The notes under the pieces are model-generated. The model did not search any database and was not told the DNA's origin. It saw only the letters and a list, made by a program, of their open reading frames with translations. Shown here piece by piece: positions 17,871 through 29,173 of a stretch of 64,000 bases of DNA; within the stretch, counting starts at the first letter, position 1, and each line of letters begins with the position of its first letter. The stretch comes from Dehalococcoidia bacterium (GTDB taxonomy: Bacteria; Chloroflexota; Dehalococcoidia; Lucifugimonadales; UBA2985), in contig CBDCTU010000002.1 of the NCBI GenBank assembly GCA_965222415.1, positions 260,663 through 324,662 on the forward strand. The letters are read 5' to 3'. The position numbers and the translations under genes were made by a program.

Positions 17871-18275
17871 TCACTCGAAGGGATTCAGTGTAGGGACTCC
17901 CGTCGGCTCGAAGTGGCGGGCATTGCGGGTAACGACTGTCAGGCCGTGTTCCAGAGCCGTAGCTGCAATCAACAGGTCTGCGCCGTCGTGCCCAAGAGTC
18001 GCCGGCAACTGTCCCCATCTACGCGCCGTAGCCGCATCTACGATAAGAATCCAGTCGCTGTACCAGGCCAGCACCCGGTCCAACCAGAGAGCCAGCTCCC
18101 CGGCAAAAGATGGATCGCGTGGCTGCTGTTGCGTAATGCCGCGCTCTATCTCCCCCACGGTAACAACGCTTATGTACAAATCCGCTGTGCGCTGGGTCTC
18201 CACCCAACGGACAGCCCCAGGATGCCGTTCACGCCTGCGGAGCGCCGACAGCACGTCGGTGTCCAGGAGAAACAT
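17871..18275 (-). CDS. vapC: PIN-domain toxin VapC
   Basis: MFLLDTDVLSALRR... and LIAATALEHGLTVVTRNARHF are typical of VapC/FitB. The start overlaps the antitoxin stop (TGATG). Confidence 0.85.
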   Translation of the reverse strand: MFLLDTDVLSALRRRERHPGAVRWVETQRTADLYISVVTVGEIERGITQQQPRDPSFAGELALWLDRVLAWYSDWILIVDAATARRWGQLPATLGHDGADLLIAATALEHGLTVVTRNARHFEPTGVPTLNPFE

Positions 18276-18529
18276 CACAGGTCGAATGACCGGGCGGTAA
18301 TAGACAGCCGCTTGAACTCCTGGTCGTCCTGCGGGATTTCAAGAAGCAGCTCCCCCAGAGTTGGAGCGTCGGACCTCTCCAGGCGACAGAGTCGTTCGTA
18401 CTCCTCCGCCGCCAGCACGACCACGGCGGGCTGTCCCCGGCGAGTAACTCGCTGCGGTTCACCGGCTAGCGCGGCATTGACCAGGGCGCTGAACTTGTTC
18501 TTTGCATCTTGTAGAGGCCACTCTGCCAT
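18275..18529 (-). CDS. Phd/YefM-type antitoxin
   Basis: WPLQDAKNKFSALVNAALAGEPQRVTRRGQPAVVVLAAEEYERL is typical of Phd/YefM. It lies immediately upstream of vapC. Confidence 0.8.
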   Translation of the reverse strand: MAEWPLQDAKNKFSALVNAALAGEPQRVTRRGQPAVVVLAAEEYERLCRLERSDAPTLGELLLEIPQDDQEFKRLSITARSFDL

Positions 18530-18712
18530 TACAAACTCCGGCTAGATGTTCTGGCTAGATTATACAGAAACTTGTAGATGGTCATCAAGCCGGCGTCAAT
18601 CAGGGCTATCCTTATCGGTTTCGGGTTGGGTTGTGAAAATAGAAGCAAAAAACCAGCACTTAGTCCATCTTCCTGTTATGATGGTGTGTCATTGTATTTG
18701 AGGAGATTAGAT

Positions 18713-20551
18713 TTGACCGTCTGCCAAAACAACGCCATTCGCAACCTGGCCATCATAGCCCACGTCGACCACGGCAAGACCACTCTGGTCGACGCTCTGT
18801 TGAAACAAGGCCAGGTCTTTCGGGACCACCAACAGGTGGGCGCTTTGATTATGGACACCAACCCCCTGGAACGAGAGCGCGGCATTACGATCCTAGCCAA
18901 GAACGCCTCGGTCTCCTACGGCGGTGTCCGGATCAACATTATCGACACGCCGGGCCACGCCGATTTCAGCGGCGAGGTGGAACGTGTCATGAATATGGCC
19001 GATGGCTGCCTGCTGTTGGTGGACGCCGTTGACGGCCCCATGCCCCAGACTACCTACGTGTTGCGCCAAGCCCTCCAGCAGAACGTTAGACCAATTGTCG
19101 TCATCAACAAGATTGACCGCCCTGAGGCCCGCGTGACTGAGGTGGTCGCGATGGTCCAGGACCTGTTCCTGAACGTTGTTACGAGGGATGACCAACTGGA
19201 TTATCCGGTGCTGTACACCTCGGCCCGCCAGGGCTGCGCCACCACGGACCCCAACGTGCCAGGGGTGGATATGCAGCCTCTTTTCCAGGCGGTATTGGAC
19301 TCGGTGCCGCCGCCCACCGGCGACCCCGGCGCACCGCTGCAAATGCTGGTGGCGGCCCTGGACTACGACAACTATATGGGCCAAGTGTCCGTGGGCCGCA
19401 TCTCCAATGGCACGCTCCGGCTACGGGATGCCGTGGCTCTGCTGGGCCGCGACGGTCAGGCGACCACCCACTACCTCGAGCGCATCTTTGTGTTCCGCGG
19501 CATGGAGCGAGTTGAAACACCCGAAGCCCACGCCGGGGACATCGTGGCTGTGACTGGCCCTGAAGACGTGTCCATCGGCGACACCATTGCTTCGCCGGAA
19601 TGCCCGGAGGCCCTGCCGACTATCGACATCAACGAACCCACGGTGCGCATGACCTTCGGCGTGAGCAATTCTCCCTTCATGGGGCGGGAGGGTGACCACT
19701 GCACTTCCCGCAATCTTCACGAACGGCTGGTTAGAGAACTGCGGACCAACGTCAGCCTGCGAGTGGATCCCACCCCCAGCGCGGACGTGTTCGTAGTCGC
19801 AGGACGGGGTGAGTTGCACCTGTCCATTCTGGTCGAGACAATGCGCCGTGAACAATTCGAGTTTCAGGTGTCCCGTCCCACACCCGTCACCAAGGTAATC
19901 GACGGCAAAGTATACGAGCCCTACGAAATTCTGAATATCAGCACTCACGAAGAGTATGTGGGTGTGCTGACCGAGTATCTCTCCGCCCATCTGGCTCAGC
20001 TCCGGGACATGCGGTACGACGAGAACGGTTACGTCCACATGGAGTACAAGATACCTACCCGGGGACTGATAGGATTCAACGCCTTCTTTCTTCGGACCAC
20101 CCGGGGCGATGGAGTGAAGAGCAGCTTCTTCACCTCCTACGAGCCTATGGAAGGTGAAATTAGGTCCCAGCGCGACGGTTCACTCGTGGCGTCCGAGGGC
20201 GGCGTGGCTGTCACTTACGGCTTGCTCAACGCACAAGGTCGGGGCGACACCTTCATCGATCCAGGCATTATGGTCTATGCAGGGATGATTGTCGGCTCCC
20301 ACCGCCGCGAGGGCGACATTGAGATCAACGTCTGCAAGGAAAAGAAGCTGACCAACATGCGGTCGTCGACGTCTGAAGTGACCAAGCGCCTCAACGCCAC
20401 TGTGAGGATGAGCCTGGAGGAGGCCCTGTCGTTCATCTCTGACGATGAACTGCTGGAAGTCACACCCCTGAATCTTCGTCTTCGCAAGGCAGAACTCTCT
20501 GCCTTGGACCGTAAGCGTAAACGCCGAGACGGGGTCCGAAGCCGGGATTAA
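18713..20551 (+). CDS. typA: Translational GTPase TypA/BipA
   Basis: [22 protein letters not shown] is G1, DTPGHADF is G3 and NKIDR is G4. The length is ~612 aa from a TTG at 18713, which has AGGAG 7 nt upstream. The track ORF starts further upstream at 18578. Confidence 0.9.
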   Translation: MTVCQNNAIRNLAIIAHVDHGKTTLVDALLKQGQVFRDHQQVGALIMDTNPLERERGITILAKNASVSYGGVRINIIDTPGHADFSGEVERVMNMADGCLLLVDAVDGPMPQTTYVLRQALQQNVRPIVVINKIDRPEARVTEVVAMVQDLFLNVVTRDDQLDYPVLYTSARQGCATTDPNVPGVDMQPLFQAVLDSVPPPTGDPGAPLQMLVAALDYDNYMGQVSVGRISNGTLRLRDAVALLGRDGQATTHYLERIFVFRGMERVETPEAHAGDIVAVTGPEDVSIGDTIASPECPEALPTIDINEPTVRMTFGVSNSPFMGREGDHCTSRNLHERLVRELRTNVSLRVDPTPSADVFVVAGRGELHLSILVETMRREQFEFQVSRPTPVTKVIDGKVYEPYEILNISTHEEYVGVLTEYLSAHLAQLRDMRYDENGYVHMEYKIPTRGLIGFNAFFLRTTRGDGVKSSFFTSYEPMEGEIRSQRDGSLVASEGGVAVTYGLLNAQGRGDTFIDPGIMVYAGMIVGSHRREGDIEINVCKEKKLTNMRSSTSEVTKRLNATVRMSLEEALSFISDDELLEVTPLNLRLRKAELSALDRKRKRRDGVRSRD

Positions 20552-20766
20552 GCCATCCGTTTGCGCTCCGCCTTGAACACTCAAGAAACGGACTCCCAGA
20601 CCGAGGGGACGCTTCCTGATATGGGCGCTGCTGACAGCGTCCTGCGCCTACCAGATCCTCCTCCCGCTCCAGGCTAAAAGCTCGCTCGAAGAGGGACGTG
20701 GTGACGGGCTTCGGCTTCACCGGCTCCTCGACCATTGACTCCGTTATCGTTGCTGCACGGAGTGGC

Positions 20767-21903
20767 TCAGCTCAAAGTTGCGAGAACTCCCCTCAGCGCC
20801 GAGCTGAACTCGCGCTTCTGCCAGCTCCGGACCTCAGGGCTATCGAGTTCGGAGTGCAAGCCACCTGGGCGCCGAGCCAGGCGCTCCAGACTCACCGCTG
20901 GCCACAGCAGGGCCGAGTCCATAGCTAGTTCCTTTCCCAACTGGCTGCGCCACGTCTTGAGACTCCTGGAGCGAGTCCTGACCTTCTCTCGCTCTGCTGG
21001 ACTCAATTTCTCTTCACTCCGCGCCCGCCTCGGCCGAGTCACGGGGCCAGAGCTGAGCCCTTGGTGGATGGCGGCTTTCAGGCCTCTATTTGCAGGGGTA
21101 TGACCGTACCTGCCCAGCCCTTTGACGGCCGAGAGGTCGGCCTCGGGCTCGGACGACAGCTGCACCAGCGCGGAATCCGGTATCACCCTGAAGAACGAAC
21201 GGTCGAGATGCTTGGCCTCTTGTTCGCGGAATTGGTACAGGGAGCGCAGGATAGCCAAACTCCTCCCGTCCAGATCACGGCTACCCTTGATCGAAAGGAA
21301 GGCCAACTCGCGTTCGGGAGGAGTATGCCTCACGGTCTCCTGACGTGCGAACTCCTCCTCCGCCCATGCAAGCCGCGATAGCGTCTCTAGCCGCGCCGAA
21401 AGTGATTCGCGGACCTGCAGAAGGTGCAGGACATCGTCTGCTGCGTACTTCAGCGCTTCAGGGCTTAGGGGCCGCGTCGTCCAGTCTGACCTCTGGAGGT
21501 TCCGGTCTTTGACCAGTTCCACCCCCGTGTGCTCCTCCACCACGGACTGCAAGCCCAGCTGCTCGGAGCCAACCAAGGCGGCGGCAATACCGGTGTCGAA
21601 CAGGTTGTTTACCCGGAATCCCCAGTCCCTGTCGAGGCTACGGAGGTCGTAGTCGGCGGCATGGAACACCTTCTCCACCGATGGGTCACCGAGAAGATTA
21701 CCAAGGGGTCGGACATCGTCTATTGCCAACGGATCGATGATGAAGGCGGTTTCGGCTGATGCGAGCTGCACGAGGCAGACGCGCTCGTGATACCTGAAGA
21801 ACCCGTTCGACTCGATGTCGACTGCTACTCGCGGCGTCCTCGATATATGATCGACGACTTCGGCGAGGCGTGATTCCTCAGTTACGAACTCAATTTGGCT
21901 CAT
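20767..21903 (-). CDS. rnd: Ribonuclease D (DEDDy 3'-5' exonuclease + HRDC)
   Basis: VAVDIESNG, HAADYDL and YAADDVLHL are the exonuclease motifs. An HRDC-like region lies at the C-terminus. Confidence 0.85.
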   Translation of the reverse strand: MSQIEFVTEESRLAEVVDHISRTPRVAVDIESNGFFRYHERVCLVQLASAETAFIIDPLAIDDVRPLGNLLGDPSVEKVFHAADYDLRSLDRDWGFRVNNLFDTGIAAALVGSEQLGLQSVVEEHTGVELVKDRNLQRSDWTTRPLSPEALKYAADDVLHLLQVRESLSARLETLSRLAWAEEEFARQETVRHTPPERELAFLSIKGSRDLDGRSLAILRSLYQFREQEAKHLDRSFFRVIPDSALVQLSSEPEADLSAVKGLGRYGHTPANRGLKAAIHQGLSSGPVTRPRRARSEEKLSPAEREKVRTRSRSLKTWRSQLGKELAMDSALLWPAVSLERLARRPGGLHSELDSPEVRSWQKREFSSALRGVLATLS

Positions 21904-21990
21904 CTACGTAGCCAGTAGCGTAAGTTATAAGAGGTAGCTCAGTCAAATGCCAGCGCCGCGATCAACCGGCCCGCCGCCGCGGTCGATGTG

Positions 21991-22098
21991 TTAGTAGACA
22001 AATTCCCGCAGGCCCAAGTGTTCTGCGCAGGCGAGCGGGCCGGCATTAGCCACAAGGCGGTGGTCGTCAAAGACGATGCGGATTATGCCGTAGCGCCC
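21991..22098 (-). pseudogene. N-terminal scrap of a second IS1380-family transposase
   Basis: The minus strand reads GRYGIIRIVFDDHRLVANAGPLACAEHLGLREFVY*. Compare LDRIQVAFDDHRLVDNAGLLLPATLALHLGLSQLV in the 1104 transposase. Confidence 0.5.
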
Positions 22099-22121
22099 TC
22101 AAACGATATTCGACCTGATAG

Positions 22122-23366
22122 CTAACTTCCCGTGCCGTATCTTTCGTCAAACGCTCGTAATGCTTCAGTGAAGCATTCCATTGGGGGACGGGAAAGCCCG
22201 CCACCTATGATTGGGTACCCCGGGTCCTTATGCGCTATGGCCGTGTCTACTATAGGAAGAATACCGGTTTGAACCACTTTCCGGATATCTATCCCCACAG
22301 CCGGTCCTTCGAAGTCGAGGGCCGGTATCGGAAACTCTGGACTCAGGTCCACTGTAATTTCGCGCATGGCATGGGTGTAGCCCATTGCTTCTTCCAGCGT
22401 TCCGCCAACCAGGGGGAGAATTCCTGGGGCGCTGCCCAGCAAGAACCCGCCCAAACCCAACGTCTCAATAATGGCAGAATCTCCCATATCCCGGCCGGCG
22501 TCACTTTGGCCGAATCCGGGCAGAAAAAGCCCATCAAGCTCCGGAGCGCGAGCGACAAACCATTCAGAGTCCAGGCCACTGACCTGGATACCAACCTGGT
22601 AACCGTTCCTGGACATTACTGTCACCACAGTGGAGTAGGGAATCCCCTTCGCGGTGTCCGCTGTAGCTTTTGCAGAGGCCATAACCATCCCCATATAGAG
22701 CAACTCGTGGCTGGCCATAAAATCGATGGTACTGAACAGGTCATCCTGAGGAACATCCGCTTTGATCATGGGAGCGACAATCGCATTCGCAAACATAGAA
22801 GTCGCCGCAGTCGTGCGGTTGTGCAACTCATCGCCCATCTGCAGCGCTTTGGCTGTCAGCGGTTTCAAGTCCAGACCGCCGATGTGCCTAATCCCTTTGG
22901 CGATTGAGGGCGCCCAGACGTCTCGCCACATTCGCAGCTCTTGAACGGCTTCCTCATCGAACGCGCCAAACTGCTGTCTGTCCTCTACCAGTCGACAGTA
23001 AGCCCTGTTCCCAAAGGCCCGGTTCTCCACGACATAGACCGGCAGCGATTTGGTGATAGTACCGGCCATTGGGCCCACGGCGGAGTGGTGATGATTGCTA
23101 TCCAGCCCAATGTCTCCGCTGCTCAAGAGTCGCTCAGCCTCCTCTCTGGAGGAAGCCCACTCCTCGAATAGCACCATTGCAATGCAGGCGCCTTTCTGGG
23201 CCCCGCTCATGTGCTCCCAGTCAACCGGGGGTCCAGAGTGCAGAACCATACGGTCGTCCAGCCCCGGTACAACATCTCCCGCCTGGCATACATCAAGGAG
23301 GACCGGATCGGCCCGGTTGATTCGGTCAAACGCTTCGCGGTTCGCCTTTTCTATCTTCTCTTCCAT
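22122..23366 (-). CDS. DUF1116-family protein (YlbE/AllG-like)
   Basis: At 414 aa it has the size of E. coli YlbE. Segments match my recollection of that family: ..NREAF.RI....P.L.DV..A..V.PG... and DxGDSxIxET.GLGGF. This rests on recognition, not alignment. Confidence 0.65.
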   Translation of the reverse strand: MEEKIEKANREAFDRINRADPVLLDVCQAGDVVPGLDDRMVLHSGPPVDWEHMSGAQKGACIAMVLFEEWASSREEAERLLSSGDIGLDSNHHHSAVGPMAGTITKSLPVYVVENRAFGNRAYCRLVEDRQQFGAFDEEAVQELRMWRDVWAPSIAKGIRHIGGLDLKPLTAKALQMGDELHNRTTAATSMFANAIVAPMIKADVPQDDLFSTIDFMASHELLYMGMVMASAKATADTAKGIPYSTVVTVMSRNGYQVGIQVSGLDSEWFVARAPELDGLFLPGFGQSDAGRDMGDSAIIETLGLGGFLLGSAPGILPLVGGTLEEAMGYTHAMREITVDLSPEFPIPALDFEGPAVGIDIRKVVQTGILPIVDTAIAHKDPGYPIIGGGLSRPPMECFTEALRAFDERYGTGS

Positions 23367-23552
23367 AGTAATAGCGCCGTACCTCCTGTCCTCAAGTTTA
23401 TTTCAAGCCATCAACATTCCGTTCGACTGTCTTACGCGAGTATCCTGCCATCGTGCGGCGCGAATCCTGGTTATTGCAAAGTAGCGGCCATGTCGTCGGG
23501 CCGATCTCCCTCTGCCGGATTGCGACCTAGTGGACCGCCATACCGGGGAAGG

Positions 23553-25052
23553 TCACGTCTGGGATTCAAGTGCGGATGCCAAGGCCAAAAGGATGCCATC
23601 ATCAAAGGGATAGGCTACCATCTGAGCGCCAACCGGCAGGCCGTCCGGCGTAAGGCCGCTGGGCACTGAAATCGCCGGGACTCCTATGAAGCTCCAGGGA
23701 ATACAGTTGGTGGAGAGAATTATCAGATATGCGTCTGCCTCCTCCAACTTTGGGGCCGCAACCTTGGTGGTGGGCATGATGAGAGCGTCAAACCCTGCCA
23801 GGTGGGCTAATATGCGTTCCTGAAACTCGGACCGGAAACGCTGCGCGTTTATATAGTCCATGGCCTTAACCTTGGACGCCTCATCCAACTGCTCAAAGAC
23901 CGGACGGGTGTATTGAGACCTTGCATCGGAGAAGGAGTGGTGGTAGGCCGCTGCTTCACTTCGACTCACGATGAGCCCGAGAGATGTCGCCAGGCGATAA
24001 TCCTCTGCCGACGGAATCTCAGTTTCTACCACTTCCACACCCAGTGAGGATAGGGCTTCCACGGTCTTGCTGAAAGCTGCAAGCACGTCCGGATCAACAT
24101 CATTCAAGCCGTTTACCGCCAAACCCACTCGTAGCCCGCGTACATCGCGGTGCAGGTAGTCCGTGTAGTCGTCCTTGGGACGGTCCAAAGACGCAGGGTC
24201 CTTGGGATCAACTCCCTGAAGCGCGTTCATCATGTGCGCCACGTCCTGAGCGGTCTTCGCCTGAAGGCCGGCGTGATCCATGCTCCAGGAGAGTGTAATA
24301 ATGCCGTCTGTGGACACGAGTCCAAAGGTTGGCTTGTAACCCACAATGCCGCACAGCGCTGCGGGGACGCGGATGGATGCCCTGGTGTCAGAGCCCAGGC
24401 TCAGAAAGCTCATCCCGGACGCAATAGATATGGCGGAACCTCCGCTGGACCCGCCCGGGTCTCTGGTTGTATCCCAGGGATTCCGGCTTTGGGAAGTGGT
24501 CACGCCCAGGGCAAACTCGTGAGTGTGGACCTTGCCCATCACAATCGCGCCCGCCTCTTTGAGGAGCCGTACCGGGGTGCCATCGTCCTCCGGCATATAG
24601 CCCGCCAGGACCTTGGAACTCGCTGTGGTGGGCATTCCCTTAACATGCACAATGTCCTTAATGGATATTGGAATGCCATGCAGAGGCCCCCGCAGCCCTC
24701 CCCTTTCCCGTTCCCGGTCGAGCGCGTTTGCCTCCGCCAATAACGCAGCAGCAGGAGCTACGTGAACAAAGGCGTTGAGCGACTTGTCCTTGGATTCGAT
24801 AGCGGCCAACGCTTCTTGTACCAGCTGTGATGCAGAAGTCGAACCCGCTGCCATGCGAGTTGCGGCATCGGCCAGGGTTCCCTCCTTGGCATGGCCAGGC
24901 GTAACTCTTGGTAGGGCCCTCACGTCGCGGCGATTGGTGTCCTCATGTCTCGCCAAGGAGTATATGAATGCAGGCCGACGGGAAAGGCCATCGACTTGAT
25001 ATGCCTGAAGATCGGCCAACGCAGCTTGAAAATCGTCTCGTGCAGACATCAA
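23553..25052 (-). CDS. Amidase-signature family amidase
   Basis: GGSSGGSAISIASGMSFLSLGSDTRASIRVPAALCGIVGYKPTFG is the AS signature with the Ser-cisSer-Lys context. The ATG lies at 25047-25049, one codon after the TTG. Confidence 0.85.
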   Translation of the reverse strand: MMSARDDFQAALADLQAYQVDGLSRRPAFIYSLARHEDTNRRDVRALPRVTPGHAKEGTLADAATRMAAGSTSASQLVQEALAAIESKDKSLNAFVHVAPAAALLAEANALDRERERGGLRGPLHGIPISIKDIVHVKGMPTTASSKVLAGYMPEDDGTPVRLLKEAGAIVMGKVHTHEFALGVTTSQSRNPWDTTRDPGGSSGGSAISIASGMSFLSLGSDTRASIRVPAALCGIVGYKPTFGLVSTDGIITLSWSMDHAGLQAKTAQDVAHMMNALQGVDPKDPASLDRPKDDYTDYLHRDVRGLRVGLAVNGLNDVDPDVLAAFSKTVEALSSLGVEVVETEIPSAEDYRLATSLGLIVSRSEAAAYHHSFSDARSQYTRPVFEQLDEASKVKAMDYINAQRFRSEFQERILAHLAGFDALIMPTTKVAAPKLEEADAYLIILSTNCIPWSFIGVPAISVPSGLTPDGLPVGAQMVAYPFDDGILLALASALESQT

Positions 25053-25059
25053 ATGCTCC

Positions 25060-25752
25060 CTATGTTGTTTTGCCCAGCGCTGCCAGGAATTGCCTGGAAT
25101 CAGCTACAGCGCCAAAGACTCCGCCCTGCATCTTGATCATCTTCAACGATGATTCATAGTTCCCTTCGTCAGTGGCCCCAGTACAATCGGAAAGAAGAAG
25201 ACACTCGTAGCCGCGGTCATTTCCTTCTCGCATCGTGGTATGGACGCAGACGTCCGTAGTGATGCCTGTCAGCACCAGGTGTGTGATGCCGCGGTTCCGC
25301 AACACCAGGTCCAGGTCTGTCGCGGTGAAAGCGCCCTTAGTGGGCTTGTCTATGACCATCTCCCCTTCTATAGGAGCAAGTTCATCAATTATCTCCCAAC
25401 CCTTTTCACCGCGGATCAGAATACGACCACAGGGGCCTTGGTCGCCGATACCTGCGCCAATCTGCTTTGACCGCCAAAGTTTGTTGGGCGGGCAATCGGA
25501 CAGGTCCGGCTTATGGCCTTCCCGAGTGTGAATCACGGTAAATCCCTGGATAGCGCGACAGGCTTCCAACACATTCCGGGTCGGAGCTACACCGCGACGA
25601 GTTGCACTTATATCGTAGCCCATAGTGTCGACGTACCCACCGGGGCCACAGAAGTCATGTTGCCAATCTATCAAGATAAGCGCTGTTTTGGCAGGGTCGA
25701 TATCGCCATCATATGGCCAGAGATAAGGATCTGCGCCAACTACCTGCGCCAT
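25060..25752 (-). CDS. Isochorismatase-family cysteine hydrolase (RutB/BiuH-like)
   Basis: AAGGAGG lies 7 nt upstream of the ATG at 25752. [11 protein letters not shown] carries the Asp. K..., [15 protein letters not shown] carries the catalytic Cys. Confidence 0.8.
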   Translation of the reverse strand: MAQVVGADPYLWPYDGDIDPAKTALILIDWQHDFCGPGGYVDTMGYDISATRRGVAPTRNVLEACRAIQGFTVIHTREGHKPDLSDCPPNKLWRSKQIGAGIGDQGPCGRILIRGEKGWEIIDELAPIEGEMVIDKPTKGAFTATDLDLVLRNRGITHLVLTGITTDVCVHTTMREGNDRGYECLLLSDCTGATDEGNYESSLKMIKMQGGVFGAVADSRQFLAALGKTT

Positions 25753-25832
25753 TAGTGCCCTCCTTTGTTGACAGCTCACCGCCTCAGCCCTATATGTGGG
25801 ACTGAGACGGCGAGTGTCGTAGAATCCGCCGG

Positions 25833-27113
25833 TTAGTTCGTGCTTCCTGAAACCCCTTCGACCAGCCAGTCAATGATCTGGAGATCTTCGTCAGCCGGTG
25901 ATTCCCCGGCAGCGATGCGGACTGTACCGCTCTGGTCAGATATAGGTCCAAGGAACGGCTGTATACTGCCGTCACGCAGACCTTCAACCGTGGCCAGCAC
26001 CTCCTGCTGGATCTCCTCCGGGACGTTTGCGCCAAAGGGCGCCAGCTTTACAAACCCCTCTTCAAGGCCGCCAAAGAAGACGTTGGTCTTGTAGGTTCCA
26101 TTCTTGATTTCGGTCATCAGCTCAGAGTAGACCGGGCCCCAGTTCCAGACTGCGCCGGACAGCCACCCGTTTGGCGCTGCAGGACTGGCATCCTGGTGAT
26201 AGCCCGTAACAAAGATGTTGGCGCGTTCCGCTGCCGTGGTTATGGTGCCAGTACAGTCCTGGTGCTGGGTAATTACGTCCACCCCAGCATCCAACATGGT
26301 CTGGGCAGCCGCGGCCTGCTTGGCCGGGTCACACCAGGCACCGAGCAGCACGAATGTTGTGCTGACATCCGGATTCACAGAGAGTGCGCCCAAGTGGAAT
26401 GCATTTACGTTGAGCAGAGTCTGAGGGATGGGGAACGCAGCGACGAAACCAAGCTGGTTGGTCTCGGTGGAACGCCCCGCCGCTTGACCCATCGCGTACT
26501 CCAACTGCCAAATGTTGCCGAAGTATGCCCCGTAGTTTGGCGTGCTCTCCAAGTCCCCCTGGTGGAGGAAGATAATCCCGGGATGCTGCTCCGCAAGCTC
26601 CTTCGTGGCATCCGAGTATCCGAAGCTGGTGGCGAAAATCACCTTGGCTCCCTGCTGAATCATCCCTTCCATAACCGATTTCACCTGAGCGGTCTCCGGG
26701 ATGTTCTCAGCGTACAGTATCTCCACATCCGGGTGCTGTTGAACGAGAAACTGGCTACCTTCATAGGCGGCCTGGTTGTATCCCAGGTCCCGCTGAGAGC
26801 CTACAAAGATGAAACCAATCTTCAGTTTCTCTCCGGCGGGCAAAGGCATGGCCGCGTCGGCGTACTCGGAAGCAGCCTCGGCCGTGCTGGTGTTTATGGC
26901 GTTCTCAAATATCCTGGCGAACCCCGCAGGGGAGCCTCCGCCCAGGTCTTCGGTGGTCGGAACGTAAGCAACTGCAGACATAGTGGGAGCCGACGTCGAT
27001 GTGGCAGGCGTGGTGGGAGTGGGATCGTCACCTCCGCACGCAATCGCCAATACCAGGATGGAAATCATCGCGACCAGAAGCATGGGAACCTTGGAATTGA
27101 ATGTATGGAACAA
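25833..27113 (-). CDS. BMP-family (PnrA/Med-like) ABC substrate-binding lipoprotein
   Basis: AGGAGG lies 7 nt upstream of a TTG at 27113. The signal peptide has the lipobox [29 protein letters not shown] and [11 protein letters not shown] are typical of BMP-family binding proteins. Confidence 0.8.
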   Translation of the reverse strand: MFHTFNSKVPMLLVAMISILVLAIACGGDDPTPTTPATSTSAPTMSAVAYVPTTEDLGGGSPAGFARIFENAINTSTAEAASEYADAAMPLPAGEKLKIGFIFVGSQRDLGYNQAAYEGSQFLVQQHPDVEILYAENIPETAQVKSVMEGMIQQGAKVIFATSFGYSDATKELAEQHPGIIFLHQGDLESTPNYGAYFGNIWQLEYAMGQAAGRSTETNQLGFVAAFPIPQTLLNVNAFHLGALSVNPDVSTTFVLLGAWCDPAKQAAAAQTMLDAGVDVITQHQDCTGTITTAAERANIFVTGYHQDASPAAPNGWLSGAVWNWGPVYSELMTEIKNGTYKTNVFFGGLEEGFVKLAPFGANVPEEIQQEVLATVEGLRDGSIQPFLGPISDQSGTVRIAAGESPADEDLQIIDWLVEGVSGSTN

Positions 27114-27193
27114 GCTAAATCCTCCTAACGTCAGATAATCTCTACTGCACAATTTGGTGTTGCGGTGCAACTTCAAAGGGGTACGATACCGAA

Positions 27194-28117
27194 TCACCCC
27201 CCTTCCTTCAGAACGCGTTTGAGACCCTCAGGCATAGCTCGAAGGGTCGGGCCGGTCCAGATAGCCAGCACGCCCAGGGTGGTGATGTAGGGCAGCATCT
27301 GAAGATAGAACGGCGATATCGGCGCATCTACGGTCTGGAGCTGCAACTCCAGGCCAATGGCTGCGCCGAACAGAAGCGCTCCGGCCATGGCTCGGAGCGG
27401 CGTCCACATGCCAAAAATCACCAGCGCCACCGCTATGAATCCCCTTCCGGCCGTCATCCCTTCTGACCAGGACTGTGTAAAGGCCAGGGAGAGCTGCGCA
27501 CCACCTATGCCTGCTAGGACCCCACCCATAGCAATGGCTGCATATTGCACCATCGCCGTATTGCGCCCAGCCGCGTACGCCACCTCCACGCTCTCTCCCA
27601 CCGCTCTAAGACTCATACCCCAGCGCGATCGGAAGAGCACAAACCACAGCACGGGCCCCAGAGCATAGGCAATGTAGGCGAGTATATCCTGGTTAAAAAG
27701 CGCCTCACCGATGATGGGTATTCGGGAGAGGAGCGGAATGGCTATCGGATCGAGCCCGTCTATGCTGACTCCTACATACGATCGCCCGGCCCAAGACGTA
27801 ATCCCAGCTCCAAGCATGGTTATAGCCAGCCCGGTAGCCAACTGATTAGCTCTACGGTTGATAACCATAAACGCGAACAAAAGGCTCAGACTGCCACCCG
27901 CCAGTGCCCCGGACAGCACCCCAATTGCTTCGCTCCCGGTCTCAGCCGCTGCGATGAAGCCGAAGCACGCACCCATGAGCATTGCTCCCTCAACCCCAAG
28001 GTTGATCTTGCCCGAGCGCTCGGTTATGACCTCTCCGTATGTGGCATACATCACCGAGATACCCGGACCAACCGCGCCGGTGAGCACTCCTTTGATGACA
28101 AGCCAGAAGGTGTTCAA
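27194..28117 (-). CDS. ABC transporter permease (BMP-type, YufQ/NupQ-like)
   Basis: A multi-pass hydrophobic protein whose ends overlap the neighbouring cluster genes by 4 nt. Confidence 0.8.
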   Translation of the reverse strand: MNTFWLVIKGVLTGAVGPGISVMYATYGEVITERSGKINLGVEGAMLMGACFGFIAAAETGSEAIGVLSGALAGGSLSLLFAFMVINRRANQLATGLAITMLGAGITSWAGRSYVGVSIDGLDPIAIPLLSRIPIIGEALFNQDILAYIAYALGPVLWFVLFRSRWGMSLRAVGESVEVAYAAGRNTAMVQYAAIAMGGVLAGIGGAQLSLAFTQSWSEGMTAGRGFIAVALVIFGMWTPLRAMAGALLFGAAIGLELQLQTVDAPISPFYLQMLPYITTLGVLAIWTGPTLRAMPEGLKRVLKEGG

Positions 28118-29172
28118 TGGCTGGTCGCCGCACGATAACCGAATCCCAGGACCATAAAGAGGATCAACGCAATGAGAATGTTGGAAGCCCCGGAGGGGAC
28201 GTCCGCACTGAACTGAAGCAGGTCTCCACCAACCACCACGAGCGCCAGCAAGAAACCGGCGCCAATTATAGCGACGGGGTTATGTCGAGCCAGCCAACTC
28301 GCCAGGAAACCCAGGAACCCAAGGTTGTTGGATATCTCAGGCCGCAGGTGGTGCTGCACGCCGGCAACCTCTACCATTCCTGCAACCCCGGCTATGCCGC
28401 CGCCTGCCAGCATCGCTACCAGCAGGTACCGGCCCACGGGTATGCCCCTCCTCTGTGCCGCATCAGGGTTACCGCCAATGGCCCGGATGTTGTACCCCCA
28501 GCGTGTCTTTGCAAACACAAAGTAGAGTACCAATACGGCAATGATCGGCAGTACGAATCCCCAGTGGAACCGTGTGCCGCCAATGTCTGGAAGGATTGCG
28601 CTAGGGCTGAAGTTGGCGGTGTACGGGTAGCCGAATCCGTCCGGGTTCTTCCACGGGCCAAACACAAATACGTTGACAAGCAAGATCGCAACAAAGTTCA
28701 GCAGCAACGTTGAAATGACCTCGTTAACATTGCGCCAGTATCGGAGTAGCATCGCCACGCCGGCCCAGGCCGACCCGCCGACAAAACCCGCGAGCACCAT
28801 GAACGGGATTGTTATAAACAGAGGCCCGCCGGACGCGTAGAGCGCCACTCCAGTCGCGAGCCACGCTCCAAAGTGAAGCTGGCCTTCGCCGCCGACGTTT
28901 ATCAGACCCACACGCGCAGGAAGCGCAGTGGCAAGGCCCGCAAGCACGAAGGGGATCATCCGGACGCCAATCTCACCCAATCCGGTCTTGCTACCAAGGG
29001 TACCGTTATACACCTTGCCATAGGCGTCAAGGACATCACGGCCCATGAGCGCAAGGAACAGGCCAAAGAGAGCAATGGCAACAAGAATCAGTCCAATGTT
29101 ACGGGCCAACATGGGGAGGGCGCCCCCACTGTTGAACCAGAGCATTGGAGAGGGGAGAATGCGCTGCGTCAT
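28114..29172 (-). CDS. ABC transporter permease (BMP-type, YufP/NupP-like)
   Basis: A multi-pass hydrophobic protein lying between the ATPase and the second permease. Confidence 0.8.
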   Translation of the reverse strand: MTQRILPSPMLWFNSGGALPMLARNIGLILVAIALFGLFLALMGRDVLDAYGKVYNGTLGSKTGLGEIGVRMIPFVLAGLATALPARVGLINVGGEGQLHFGAWLATGVALYASGGPLFITIPFMVLAGFVGGSAWAGVAMLLRYWRNVNEVISTLLLNFVAILLVNVFVFGPWKNPDGFGYPYTANFSPSAILPDIGGTRFHWGFVLPIIAVLVLYFVFAKTRWGYNIRAIGGNPDAAQRRGIPVGRYLLVAMLAGGGIAGVAGMVEVAGVQHHLRPEISNNLGFLGFLASWLARHNPVAIIGAGFLLALVVVGGDLLQFSADVPSGASNILIALILFMVLGFGYRAATSH

Positions 29173-29173
29173 C

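Noticed and set aside
20460-20735. 91-aa minus-strand ORF downstream of rnd.
   Set aside because: It overlaps the 3' end of typA by about 90 nt, has no RBS, and matches no family I recognise.
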